The notes beneath the pieces are model-generated. The model worked only from the letters and a program-made list of their open reading frames with translations. It was not told the DNA's origin and ran no database searches. DNA of 64,000 bases from Candidatus Hydrogenedentota bacterium (GTDB lineage: Bacteria > Hydrogenedentota > Hydrogenedentia > Hydrogenedentales > SLHB01), in the NCBI GenBank assembly GCA_963668025.2, contig CAXXTH010000010.1, forward strand, positions 512,001 through 576,000. The letters run 5' to 3'. Positions 40,437-50,275 of this stretch are shown piece after piece. Position 1 is the stretch's first letter. Each line of letters begins with the position of its first letter. The position numbers were made by a program, and so were the translations under genes.

Positions 40437-40736
40437 TCAACGTGGCCTGGGATTTTTCGCTTGGGGGAAGGTCTTTGCGCGCTCACGGCGGGTTTGCTTG
40501 ACGACTTCGTCCACGTAGCGTTCAGCCAGCTTCATGAAAGCCTGGTAGCCATTGATGGCCTCTTTTAGGAACTCGGTTTCGCGCGCCGGCACATAGCGAA
40601 CCACGTTCTTCTCGTTCTCCCAGCTCTGGTGGTTAAAGTGGGGACGCCCGCCCATTTGACAGAGCTTTCCGCGCTCCATCCGCTCAATCTGCGCCATGCG
40701 CTCCAGCAATGCTTGCATCTTTTTGGTGTGCTTCAT
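40437..40736 (-). CDS. Small basic protein inside ISAs1 (DUF6788-like)
   Basis: MERGKL...HQSWENEKNVVRYV...AINGYQAF..L..Y resembles the ISKra4 small ORFs. Confidence 0.65.
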   Translation of the reverse strand: MKHTKKMQALLERMAQIERMERGKLCQMGGRPHFNHQSWENEKNVVRYVPARETEFLKEAINGYQAFMKLAERYVDEVVKQTRRERAKTFPQAKNPRPR

Positions 40737-40807
40737 GGATTTTAATATATAGAATTCTATATACTAGAGTCAACAGTGCTTCGGCGCATGAATGAAAGGA
40801 GCACCCC

Positions 40808-41965
40808 ATGACCGCTGAAAAGAAATCCCTGCCCAAGCCCAAGCCTATTATCGAGTGTTTCGCGGGCCTGCCTGATCCCCGCATGGACCGGACCCGCAGG
40901 CACAACTTCATTGACATCTTGATGATTGGGCTATGCTCAGCCCTCGTGGGCGGGGAGAGCTTTTCGGATATGGAGCGCTTCGGCTGGCTCCGGGAGGATT
41001 GGCTGAAGGGCTTCCTGGAATTGCCCGGCGGCATCCCCTCGCACGACACCTTCAACCGGGTCTTTTCCGCCCTCGACCCCCATGCCTTTCTGGAATGCTT
41101 CGGCCAATGGGTGCAGGGCATTTGCCCCAATCTGAGCGATGAGGTCGCCGCCATTGACGGCAAAGCCCTGCGGCGCGCCTTGAATCAGGGGGAGGCCATC
41201 CCCTACATCGTCAGCGCATGGGCTTGCGAGCACGGCCTGGCGCTGGGGCAGGTCAAGGTGGACGAGAAATCCAACGAAATCACCGCCGTCCCCAAACTCC
41301 TCAACGCCTTAAAGCTCAAGGGAGCCATCGTCACCCTGGACGCCATGGGCTGCCAGAAGGATATCGCCTCCCACATTATCCAACGGCAGGCCGACTACGT
41401 GCTGGCCCTCAAAGGCAACCACGCCACCGCCCTAGAAGAAGTGAAGGCCTTTTTCAAGGACGCCGTTCCCCCTTGCGCCACCCAGTGCGCGCCAACAGCC
41501 GACGCCACACGGATGGATTTCCACCAGACCATCGACAAGGGGCATGGCCGCATCGAAACCCGCCGATACTGGCAATCCACCGACTTGGGCTGGTTCGAGG
41601 ACAAAGGACTTTGGAAGGGCCTCAAGAGTTTCGGCATGGTCGAGTCCATCCGCAAGGAAAAAGGGAAGAACACCATCGAGCGGCGCTACTACTTGAGCAG
41701 CCTGCCCCTCGACGCACGACGATTCGCCCACGCCGTGCGTGGACACTGGGGCGTGGAAAACAATTTGCACTGGCGCCTAGACATTATCTTTCGCGAAGAC
41801 GACAACCGCGCCCGAACAAGAAACGCCGCCCAGAATCTCGCCTCCTTGAGGAGAATTACACTCAACCTCCTCAAGAAAGACAAGACCAACAAAGATTTCC
41901 TCAGGGGCAAGCGCTTCGCTGCTGCACTCGACCCCGAATACCTTCTACGTTTACTGGGAATTTAG
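40808..41965 (+). CDS. ISAs1 transposase
   Basis: DPR, GIPSHDTF, IDGK, KSNEITA, DAMGCQ, HGRIE, HWGVEN.LHW. Confidence 0.97.
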   Translation: MTAEKKSLPKPKPIIECFAGLPDPRMDRTRRHNFIDILMIGLCSALVGGESFSDMERFGWLREDWLKGFLELPGGIPSHDTFNRVFSALDPHAFLECFGQWVQGICPNLSDEVAAIDGKALRRALNQGEAIPYIVSAWACEHGLALGQVKVDEKSNEITAVPKLLNALKLKGAIVTLDAMGCQKDIASHIIQRQADYVLALKGNHATALEEVKAFFKDAVPPCATQCAPTADATRMDFHQTIDKGHGRIETRRYWQSTDLGWFEDKGLWKGLKSFGMVESIRKEKGKNTIERRYYLSSLPLDARRFAHAVRGHWGVENNLHWRLDIIFREDDNRARTRNAAQNLASLRRITLNLLKKDKTNKDFLRGKRFAAALDPEYLLRLLGI

Positions 41966-41988
41966 ATGCGTAAGCCCTGGGACAGGGG

Positions 41989-43350
41989 TAGGGCAATCGC
42001 ATTAAAACTCAGGTTACCATAAGGGTTTTACAGAGATAGTCGGTATCCCAGCCGGCTCGTTTTCGTTTGGTCTTTACGCCGACCTTTGTGGTCTTATCGG
42101 CTTTGAGGGCGTTCAATGCCAATCGGCGTATGGTGGCCAGGTTTTCAGCGGCATAGCCGGCCCGAATACGGCATTGGTCCTCGTCGAAGGCGACGTCGAG
42201 CACCCAGTGCAGGCAATTCTCCACTTGCCAGTGAGCGCGGATGGCCGTGGCGATTTTCTCCACATTGCCATGGGTGTTGCTGGTGATGAAGAAGCGATCT
42301 TCGATGGAGGTTTCGCCTTTGACGGTGCGGGTGGCCCGGCACATGGCCATGGCAGCCAGCTGGGGCCAGCGTTCGAGGGGGCCTAATCCTGCAATATCCT
42401 TTGTGAGCCAATACTGGCGTTTTTCCGTGCGCCCGTGGTTCTTTTCGAGGGTTTCGTAATACTGGTGGTCCATGTGGGCGAAATCCTGGGCCATTGCCTC
42501 TTTGAACTCCTGTTCCACATCCTCGGCAAGGGTTTCCTGATTGCCCTTGACCGCCAGCAAGTAGTCTGCACCGGCGTCGACAATCGTCTGGGCGATTTCC
42601 CGTTGACAGCCCATGGCGTCGATGGTAATCAGACAGCCTCGCAGTTCCAAGAGCTTGATCAATTCAGGGATAGCGGTGATTTCGTTGGACTTATCGTTCA
42701 CTTTGGTCTGCCCCAAGGACAGCCCATTGCTCGTGGCCCAAGCGCTCACCACGTGGATGGCCTTCTTGCCTTGGGTTTGGTCGTGCGAGCGGCGTGCTGT
42801 CTTGCCGTCAATCGCGACAACGCCTTCCACCTGTGGCTGGAGCGCCCGGACCCAGTTGATGAAACACTGCGGGAAGACCGCGGGGTTGAGCAGGGAAAAG
42901 AAGCGCCCGAAGGTATCGTGGGAAGGAATGCCATTTTCGAGTTTGAGGAATGTGCGCAGCCACTGTTCCTTGGCTCTGCCGAATTCCTCGACGTGTGTCC
43001 ACCCATCGGCTCCCGCGATGACCGCACATATGGTGATGGCGATGATGTCAATCAGGCTGTGCCGCTTCTTGCGCTCCAGACGAGGGTCATCGATCTGTCC
43101 GAAGTGAAGGAAAAACAGGTTTTGATTCGCGTCCATGGGTCCATTCTCCTTTCTGTGAGGCCATGGACGCAAGATATCATATCAATAGATTATTATCTAA
43201 CTAATAATACTGAGAAAATGTACCCCTTGACTACCAAGAGAAAGAAATGGGGACAGTGCGAGGTACAAAGGACTGCAGAAAGAACTGCGGGCTTAGGTCA
43301 GGCAGCGGGGCCATATACCGGAGCATGGTCGTTTTAATGCGATTGCCCTG
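41989..43350 (-). mobile_element. ISAs1-family element (type a), intact ORF
   Basis: TIRs tagggcaatcgcattaaaa (terminal C>T) and ttttaatgcgattgccctg; only 9 bp from the type b element. Confidence 0.93.
42009..43136 (-). CDS. ISAs1 transposase
   Basis: Full ISAs1 motif set; AAGGAG RBS. Confidence 0.96.
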   Translation of the reverse strand: MDANQNLFFLHFGQIDDPRLERKKRHSLIDIIAITICAVIAGADGWTHVEEFGRAKEQWLRTFLKLENGIPSHDTFGRFFSLLNPAVFPQCFINWVRALQPQVEGVVAIDGKTARRSHDQTQGKKAIHVVSAWATSNGLSLGQTKVNDKSNEITAIPELIKLLELRGCLITIDAMGCQREIAQTIVDAGADYLLAVKGNQETLAEDVEQEFKEAMAQDFAHMDHQYYETLEKNHGRTEKRQYWLTKDIAGLGPLERWPQLAAMAMCRATRTVKGETSIEDRFFITSNTHGNVEKIATAIRAHWQVENCLHWVLDVAFDEDQCRIRAGYAAENLATIRRLALNALKADKTTKVGVKTKRKRAGWDTDYLCKTLMVT

Positions 43351-43541
43351 CTTGTATAGGCGAGGCAAAGCGGTTGCATCTTCAAATTCTGATAAAATGA
43401 ACCACTACACGGTAGGCTCCACCATAAGACTGCCCCAAAGGGACAGCCATCTGTGTAATTCCAGGATCTTCCCCGTTCCCGATACTCAGTGCTATGGTGA
43501 ATCTTGTTCATCATGCAAATCTTCGCCTAAACAAATAGCCT

Positions 43542-44087
43542 TCATTCGCATGCGCCCATCAGCTTTAGCCGCCAGGACGAAATGGGCTTTGTCTCTTGTA
43601 TGGCCATCGCGGATTTGCGTTGTTTCTCCGAAGGATGAAACAGATCAACCAAATCACTCGTCACATCGATTTGCGCGGCCCTTGAGTGTTTGGCCAGCTC
43701 TCGTTTGTCCCATTTGGACACCAGCGCATTAATGTCCTTCGCCTGTTTGAGTGCAACTGTTTGGTCCGCAATCAGGCTCAGGATCTCATCGACGGGAGCC
43801 GTGCCGAAGCCTTGCAGATGCATCTGGCGCTGGCCTTCGCGCATGGTGTTCTCGAGCTGGGCCATTTTCTTTTTATCGCCCGCCTGGCGCGCCTGCTCCA
43901 TTTCGTCGCGGACCGCCTTCAAACGCGCTTCATGAAACGCGCTGCCGCAATACGCGACGGCAATCGCTCTCGAGTCGTATATGCCGATGCGCTCCGCAGC
44001 TTCTTGCGGCGCATGGCAAGTAGTGCATGCGGATACCGTGGCAAACAGCGTAACGAGCGCTCCTAGGTAAACTAGCTTCGTACCCAT
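43542..44087 (-). CDS. Hypothetical lipoprotein, weakly OmpH/Skp-like
   Basis: Lipobox-like VSAC; RIGIYDSRAI followed by a coiled-coil; AGGAG RBS. Confidence 0.6.
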   Translation of the reverse strand: MGTKLVYLGALVTLFATVSACTTCHAPQEAAERIGIYDSRAIAVAYCGSAFHEARLKAVRDEMEQARQAGDKKKMAQLENTMREGQRQMHLQGFGTAPVDEILSLIADQTVALKQAKDINALVSKWDKRELAKHSRAAQIDVTSDLVDLFHPSEKQRKSAMAIQETKPISSWRLKLMGACE

Positions 44088-44194
44088 GATTGTTTCTCCT
44101 TGTATGCGAATTGCCCCGCCTTTAAGTTTACAGGTATAACGTACACACATGAACTACAAGGGCGGCAAAACCCCGCTTTCGTTTCCTCTTTTTC

Positions 44195-44665
44195 CTACCG
44201 GATATTGGCGCGCAGGACTTGGAGGGCGTCACAGACTTTACGCAACCGCTCCGCGCTTAGGCCCTTTGTGGCTTGGAGCACGCCATCCATATAGGCGTTG
44301 TCGGCGCTGTCGATGAGCGCACAGCCTTTTTCGGTCAGGGCCACCAGATTATAACGGCGGTCATTGGCCACCGCTTTGCGGCACACAAGCCCATCACGCT
44401 CCATGCGGTCCACCAGGCCCGTGACATTGCCGCGATTCACCAGCAGCATGCGGCTTAACTCGACTTGCGTCAGGCCGCCCTCGTCGCCGCACTGGTGCCG
44501 CAGCAGACTCAATACATTGAATTGGGTGTCCGTCAGGCCATATTGGCGCAACACCGAGGCGGCGTCTTTTTGGAGCATGCCCGCCGTATAATAAATGGAC
44601 AACAAGGTCTCGTGTTCGAGATTGGTGAAGTCCTTGCGCAGCCCCAATTCCTGCTTCAAGCCCAT
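44195..44665 (-). CDS. MarR-family transcriptional regulator
   Basis: GLTDTQFNVL, NVTGLVDRME.DG.V.R...DRR...V.LT.KG. Confidence 0.93.
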   Translation of the reverse strand: MGLKQELGLRKDFTNLEHETLLSIYYTAGMLQKDAASVLRQYGLTDTQFNVLSLLRHQCGDEGGLTQVELSRMLLVNRGNVTGLVDRMERDGLVCRKAVANDRRYNLVALTEKGCALIDSADNAYMDGVLQATKGLSAERLRKVCDALQVLRANIR

Positions 44666-45025
44666 ATTTCGCCTCCTGATCCGCTCATATGTAAACTATA
44701 TAGCAGGAATCGGATTTTGTCAAGAAAAACTCGTTGCTTGTTTGGTCTTATTATGGTTTTACCACGGTGGCGGCTCCGGGCTTTACCGTGTTTGGGGCCG
44801 GCGCAATGCAATGTAGTCGTAGGTAGAGGAAGAAGCCTTGCACGAAGTCCTGCGGGACGATGTGTCACTTATGAGTTCGTGTCTGGCAATGAGGAGGCAT
44901 ATTCAGGGATCACAACGGAATTGAGAAGTACAGAATTGCCAGCATTTTAGGTCTATCTGTAGCCACTTGAAGCCCCCCGTCCGTATTATTGGCGCGCCAA
45001 CGACAATAGTTTTGCTAAAAATGCT

Positions 45026-45913
45026 TTAGTCCAGTTCAGTTCCGCCCCATTCGACCACCGTAAATCCGTGCCGGGTTATTGGTTTGAGCGTCGGTGGGCT
45101 GATGTCGATGGGCGCGGCAACAGGCTTGAATACCATGAAGACCCGAATGAGCGTATCCGGAGTGGGTGTGATTTGCAGCCGCGCATAATGCGAGTATTCC
45201 TCGGATGGGAAAGAGATAACATTGAAGGCATTCCTCTCCAAACGAGGCAGCCAATAGATGATGAATTCGTTCGCCTCGCGTTCCGATAACCCGAGCGTTG
45301 CCAAGGTCAATTCGAGAAAGCAAGCAGTATCTTTCCCGGCAACGACAAAACCCTCATTCAATCGATATTCGTGGTTATCAATGCCCTCCCAAAAGAGGCA
45401 ATAGTGGGATCTTCCGGTCTGCGCGTTGACTAACTCACCCGAAGGCTTCGCAATCACTTGCCAGGCTTCCGGGGGATAATCCGGATAGGCATGAAGGAGT
45501 TGTCCATCGTATGACAGTCTCACATTGACCAGTTGTTCCGTTGTGGGGTAGAGGTAGATGACTGGCTTCTCGCGCGCGCGTGCAAGAAAAGGAGCGAACA
45601 ATACAAAGAATGCGGCCCACGCGCCAAGACAGACAAGAACCCAACGAACGATCTTCCAGTAACCTCCTATGGCGGCGGCAAACGAAAAGAGCAAGAGAAG
45701 ACCGGCGGTTATCAAGGAGCTCATAATCATAAAGCCAGACAACGTGGCGCAAGTGGCTATCATTACACGCGGAATCTGGCAGCCGTGGTACCACCCGTAG
45801 CGAGAGACGAATTCCGCTGCAAAAAGGAGAATTGTAAAAAGCAGAAGGCAAACGACAAGAACAGTGAAAACGGCTCGAACCCACTCTTCCGTCGTTTTCG
45901 GCCACATCTTCAT
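45026..45913 (-). CDS. Membrane-anchored conserved hypothetical protein (KPVIYLYP family)
   Basis: Three N-terminal TM segments, then KPVIYLYP, LFWEG, EFIIYWLP, PDTLIRVFM, VVEWGG. Confidence 0.75.
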   Translation of the reverse strand: MKMWPKTTEEWVRAVFTVLVVCLLLFTILLFAAEFVSRYGWYHGCQIPRVMIATCATLSGFMIMSSLITAGLLLLFSFAAAIGGYWKIVRWVLVCLGAWAAFFVLFAPFLARAREKPVIYLYPTTEQLVNVRLSYDGQLLHAYPDYPPEAWQVIAKPSGELVNAQTGRSHYCLFWEGIDNHEYRLNEGFVVAGKDTACFLELTLATLGLSEREANEFIIYWLPRLERNAFNVISFPSEEYSHYARLQITPTPDTLIRVFMVFKPVAAPIDISPPTLKPITRHGFTVVEWGGTELD

Positions 45914-46219
45914 CGGTTTGGGCTCCCTGGACGGTTGCACACCAAGGAATATTGTAGAAGCCTTGCATGGTGCAATCAATGGGTACATCGCCAAATCAAG
46001 GATTTTTCGAAAGGGGTGCGGAGAAAGCCTTCTTGCAAAGAGATTTTCCAAGCCCTTCCTGTTTTCGACGCGCCAAGGACGGGCTCCATGTGTTCTAGAG
46101 CGGTTTAAGGCAGTATGCACGCATGTTGCTGAATGGGATACGTATGGGAACAGATGACCGGCGAGGGCGCCGGTCATTCTTCACCACTTGGCTAACATGT
46201 GGCTTTTTTAAAGCCTCCT

Positions 46220-46289
46220 GTGGCATAGACGCCCTTCCCATGAAGCAGAAGCTATACTGCTTGCTTCATGGCCGGGACGGCCATGCTAC
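46220..46289. repeat. Degenerate REP doublet, same family as 633-702
   Basis: Same 70-bp length, 24-nt spacer with gctata...gctt, ends in ccatgctac. Confidence 0.65.
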
Positions 46290-46306
46290 GATAATACAAG
46301 GCCGAG

Positions 46307-48049
46307 TCAGTAAGCGTCCGCTTTGGCGTTGATATCGGCGATAGCCTGTTCGATCCATCCCTTCACCGTGGCCACGGCTTCCGCAAGCGGCATGACGCCT
46401 GACTCGCCCGTGTCGCGGCGCTTCCATTCGACCTGGCCTTCTTTCAGGTTGCGTTCACTTACGACGAGCCGGAAGGGAATGCCCAGCAGGTCGGCGTCGG
46501 CGAATTGAGCGCCGGGACGTGCGTCACGGTCGTCGTAGAGCACTTCGAGGCCCGCCGCTTGGAGTCCAGCATACAATTGTTCGGCGGTGTCAGCGACACC
46601 GGGGGCTGCGAGCTTGATGGCGTTGAGGTGGACTTGCCACGGGGCGATGGTGATAGGCCAGATGGGGCCGTATTGGTCGCGGTAGGCTTCCATGGCGGAA
46701 CTCATCAGGCGGCCGACTCCGATGCCGTAGCAGCCCATGATGGGCGTGCAGGCCTTGCCCGCCTCATCGTTGTAGGCCATGCCCATGGATTCCGTGTATT
46801 TCACGCCGAGTTGGAAGATATTGCCCACTTCGATGCCGCGCTTGAAGATAAGCGAACCTTTCCCGTCGATGGAGGTATCGCCTTCTTTCACCTCGATGAT
46901 GTCGCAGGTCTCGACGCCGGGGAGGTCGCGGGACAGGTTGAAATAGATATAGTGGTAATCCGCTTCATTCGCGCCCGTGACGAGGTTGTTCGACGCGGCC
47001 ACGGTATCATCAATGATAATACGCACGCGGGCGCGGTCGAGTCCCATGGCCGAGGCGAAGCCTGGCACGGCCCCCACCGCGCGGATGCGTTCATCAGTCG
47101 CGGGCACGGGCTCGGCCTTGATCACTTTTGCGAGCTTCATCTCGTTTACATCGCGGTCGCCGCGCACGATGGCGAGGACCAGCTTGCCTTCGGCGTCCTG
47201 ATCATAAAAGACCGCTTTGGCCGTCCGGCGCGCTTCGACGCCCAGGAAACCCGCCACTTCTTCGATGGTCTTGCAGCCGGGCGTATGGACTTTTTCGAGC
47301 GGCTTTGGCTCTTCGGGATAGGCCTGTACGACGCCCTTCGCCACTTCGAGATTCGCCAGGTATCCGCTCTCTTCGCACACGACAATCGTGTCCTCGCCAG
47401 CGTCCACGAGCAGCATGAATTCATGGGCCACCTTGCCGCCCATCATGCCCGAGTCGGATTCGACGACGGCCACTTGCGGCACGCCCGCCCGCGCGAAAAT
47501 GCGCTGGTAGGCTTTGTAGCATTCCATGTAATAGCGTTCGAGGTCTTCCTGGCTGGCATGGAACGAATAGGCGTCTTTCATGGTGAATTCGCGCACGCGG
47601 ATCAGCCCGCCGCGCGAACGGGGCTCGTCGCGAAATTTCGTCTGGAGCTGGTAGACCATGAACGGCAACTGGGCGTGGCTGCTGATTTCATTGCGGCACA
47701 GGTGGACAACCGCCTCTTCGTGCGTCATGCCGAGCACCATGTCGTGCCCGGTGCGGTCGGAAAAGCGCACCAACTCGTTGCCCACGGACTGGTAGCGGCC
47801 TGATTCCTCCCACAGTTCGCGGGGCATCACCACCGGCATCAGCACTTCCTGGCCGCCGACGCGGTCCATCTCTTCGCGGAGGATGCGCTCGATCTTGCGT
47901 ACGACCCGCAATCCGGGCGGCAAGAGCGAATAGATCCCGTTGGCCACTTGGCGCGCATAGGCCCCGCGCAGCAGGAACGCGTGGCTATCCAGTGTAGCCT
48001 CCGCCGGACGCTCTTTGTACCGTGAACCCACCAATTGACTGAGCCGCAT
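46307..48049 (-). CDS. proS: Proline--tRNA ligase (bacterial type with editing domain)
   Basis: THEE, KFRDEPR.RGGLIRVREFTMKDAYSF, IEVGNIF.LG, MGCYGIG. Confidence 0.98.
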   Translation of the reverse strand: MRLSQLVGSRYKERPAEATLDSHAFLLRGAYARQVANGIYSLLPPGLRVVRKIERILREEMDRVGGQEVLMPVVMPRELWEESGRYQSVGNELVRFSDRTGHDMVLGMTHEEAVVHLCRNEISSHAQLPFMVYQLQTKFRDEPRSRGGLIRVREFTMKDAYSFHASQEDLERYYMECYKAYQRIFARAGVPQVAVVESDSGMMGGKVAHEFMLLVDAGEDTIVVCEESGYLANLEVAKGVVQAYPEEPKPLEKVHTPGCKTIEEVAGFLGVEARRTAKAVFYDQDAEGKLVLAIVRGDRDVNEMKLAKVIKAEPVPATDERIRAVGAVPGFASAMGLDRARVRIIIDDTVAASNNLVTGANEADYHYIYFNLSRDLPGVETCDIIEVKEGDTSIDGKGSLIFKRGIEVGNIFQLGVKYTESMGMAYNDEAGKACTPIMGCYGIGVGRLMSSAMEAYRDQYGPIWPITIAPWQVHLNAIKLAAPGVADTAEQLYAGLQAAGLEVLYDDRDARPGAQFADADLLGIPFRLVVSERNLKEGQVEWKRRDTGESGVMPLAEAVATVKGWIEQAIADINAKADAY

Positions 48050-48210
48050 ATTCTTGTCTCCTATATACTTGAAGTATCGGAAAATTCCTGAAAACCGGCG
48101 ATAAGCAGAAGGGAGCATACGCGCTGGCGGAATCAAAACGCAACCTTATGGATAGGAATCATAGGCCTCTTCACCCTTGCTTGCGCTCCATCGGCAAAAC
48201 CGCCCAATAA

Positions 48211-48238
48211 TAAAGAAGGCGGAGCCGAAGCCCCGCCT
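48211..48238 (-). terminator. Intrinsic terminator
   Basis: GC stem with a c(TTCG)g loop on the minus strand, followed by tcttta. Confidence 0.7.
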
Positions 48239-48264
48239 ATGGCGTTAGAGCATGATCGCCGGGA

Positions 48265-49257
48265 TTACTTGCCTGTGGTTTTTTGAACCAGCGGCAATAC
48301 CTGTTTATCGATATCGGCGTCGGTGGTTCCCACTTGCGCCTTGAAAATATACCAGTCTTCCTGATGCGAGGCGCTGCCGCCGCTGGCCGGTATTTTCGAA
48401 ACTGGTGCGAGCGACTCAATTTCGAGCATGTCTTTGTCCACATACATCTCATTGTTTACGCCATAATCCAAATATTCAGCGCCTTCCTGGTAGGCAAATC
48501 GTTTGATAAACACATCACCCTCGAGCGTATAGGCCGCCCAGCCCTGCTTATTCAAGAAGCCGATTTTCTGCTTGGCGGTTGATTTTGGATCCTGGCGGCA
48601 TTGAACATATTTTTCGCTCCATGTCCAGCGCGGATCGGCCATATTCGTGTAATGCCATAGCACCAGCGGCCGGGCAGGCAGGAGATAATCCGGATGGGGG
48701 CGGTAGGGCTCTTGCGGGAAGATGACCCGGCCATTCCCGGCCATTACGGAAATAGACCACGGCGCGGTTTCGACATCCCACAGGTTGTGGTTGATAAGGG
48801 TATGGTTGATGGTCACATGGTCCTTGTCAGCCTCAAGGCTTATCTCAATCACTTTTTGCAGGCCGGTAGTGCCTTCGACAGGCTGCGTGAGTTTGAGCAC
48901 TTTGCCATCCCACGTATTTTCGACGGGCCCATTATCCGGCCAATACGTGCGCGGATCAGACTCCGGGGCATGCCAGAAACGATGGCCGCCGTAGTTGCAC
49001 CATTTATCGCCGCCCGTTTTGCCCAGCGCTTCAGGATATTCGTGGAACAGGTTCGGGCCGCCTACAAAACCAACCCGGATCACCCGTGGGCCTACATCCG
49101 TTGTCACGATGAGTTCGATGGAACCATTTGTCAGTTTAATACAGTTATTCCAGCCGCCATACGGAACTTTTTCCATTTGCACCTCCGCTGCCTGGGCCGC
49201 ACCAAACGATACAAGCGCCAGAACTGATACACACCATATTCCTGTTTTCCAAACCAT
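48265..49257 (-). CDS. Secreted galactose-mutarotase-like fold protein (DUF4380-like)
   Basis: Signal peptide; DVGPRVI, YGGHRFWHAPE, LEIESLAP. Confidence 0.65.
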   Translation of the reverse strand: MVWKTGIWCVSVLALVSFGAAQAAEVQMEKVPYGGWNNCIKLTNGSIELIVTTDVGPRVIRVGFVGGPNLFHEYPEALGKTGGDKWCNYGGHRFWHAPESDPRTYWPDNGPVENTWDGKVLKLTQPVEGTTGLQKVIEISLEADKDHVTINHTLINHNLWDVETAPWSISVMAGNGRVIFPQEPYRPHPDYLLPARPLVLWHYTNMADPRWTWSEKYVQCRQDPKSTAKQKIGFLNKQGWAAYTLEGDVFIKRFAYQEGAEYLDYGVNNEMYVDKDMLEIESLAPVSKIPASGGSASHQEDWYIFKAQVGTTDADIDKQVLPLVQKTTGK

Positions 49258-49366
49258 TATACGAACCTCCCTTTGCTCATGCCATAGAGCATCTTACTAG
49301 ACCACAGCAAGGACACATCTCAGGCAAATTACGTATCCGCATTAGCACCGCACCCCACGGCGCACA

Positions 49367-50191
49367 CTAAAACCGATGCCGCACAAAGAATTCGAGCATG
49401 GCTCCATTATACTCCGGGCCGTGCTGATGCATGATAGTATATCCAACCAGCACATTAAGTGAATCTTTATCGGTAATAGGGGCTTCCACGCCAATCCTTG
49501 GGCTCAACCAAAATAGATGATACCTTTTTTCATCCTTAATGTGCAGTATATTTCCCGCCAGCGGTAAAGACGCTTTCACATCACCTATGCTAATCTGATA
49601 TGTATAGCCTAGATTGATTTCCGCCACGGGACGTGCAGCCTTTAATGAGGCAACGAAACCCGGCTCTTTCTTTACCGGCCTTCCCCAAGGGTAATAGGAA
49701 ATCGAGGAACCCACAAGGAGCGATTTTCGCGTAAAGTCCGCATCGAGCCGCAATGGAATCCCCAATGGAAAATAGCGTTTCCCATTGGGGATGGTCCCGA
49801 TGCCGCCGCCCGTATAAACCGTCCAGGAGGAATAGGCGTTGATATCGCGCCCATATCCTCCCCATAGATCCCAGACACGCCAGTCTTCGCACCAATCCTT
49901 GAATGTGGTGGGGCGCTCCCAGCGGGGCAACACTTTGCCCAGCGTATTGTTGAGCATGCCGTCAATGCGTTTTTCCGATTCCTCGAGCCGCAGATGGTAA
50001 TTCGATGTGCCCATGAACCAGAAAGAATCTTGGTTCTCCGAATCGGGATTGTCCTGCTCTTCCACTGCCGGCGCCTCTTGCGCCAGAAGCGATGGCGCGT
50101 CCGTATTTGTAGATTCTTCCGCCGAACAGCAAAACGCCGCAGAAGCAAGCATTATGGCTGGCAGCCATGAAACACCATGACGAAGTGTCAT
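49367..50191 (-). CDS. Hypothetical exported protein, probable outer-membrane beta-barrel
   Basis: Signal peptide, alternating beta-strand pattern, terminal Phe. Confidence 0.55.
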   Translation of the reverse strand: MTLRHGVSWLPAIMLASAAFCCSAEESTNTDAPSLLAQEAPAVEEQDNPDSENQDSFWFMGTSNYHLRLEESEKRIDGMLNNTLGKVLPRWERPTTFKDWCEDWRVWDLWGGYGRDINAYSSWTVYTGGGIGTIPNGKRYFPLGIPLRLDADFTRKSLLVGSSISYYPWGRPVKKEPGFVASLKAARPVAEINLGYTYQISIGDVKASLPLAGNILHIKDEKRYHLFWLSPRIGVEAPITDKDSLNVLVGYTIMHQHGPEYNGAMLEFFVRHRF

Positions 50192-50275
50192 GTTACTTCC
50201 CCCCCCCCCAGGATGTGCCGCTCAATCTGAAAGGCTTATGCCCGCATGCCTATCTGCTTGTCCATTTCGTACATA

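Larger units (their letters stand above)
40374..41979 (+). mobile_element. ISAs1-family element (type b) with a divergent passenger ORF
   Basis: TIR cagggcttacgcatcta / tagatgcgtaagccctg. Confidence 0.93.

Noticed and set aside
43218-43337. Divergent small ORF in the ISAs1 type a leader
   Set aside because: The diverged copy at 21.2 kb has frame-breaking indels, so it is not conserved as coding.
46505-47803. 432-aa plus-strand ORF
   Set aside because: Antisense shadow of proS.
48050-48210. T-box leader upstream of proS
   Set aside because: No T-box consensus or specifier stem visible.
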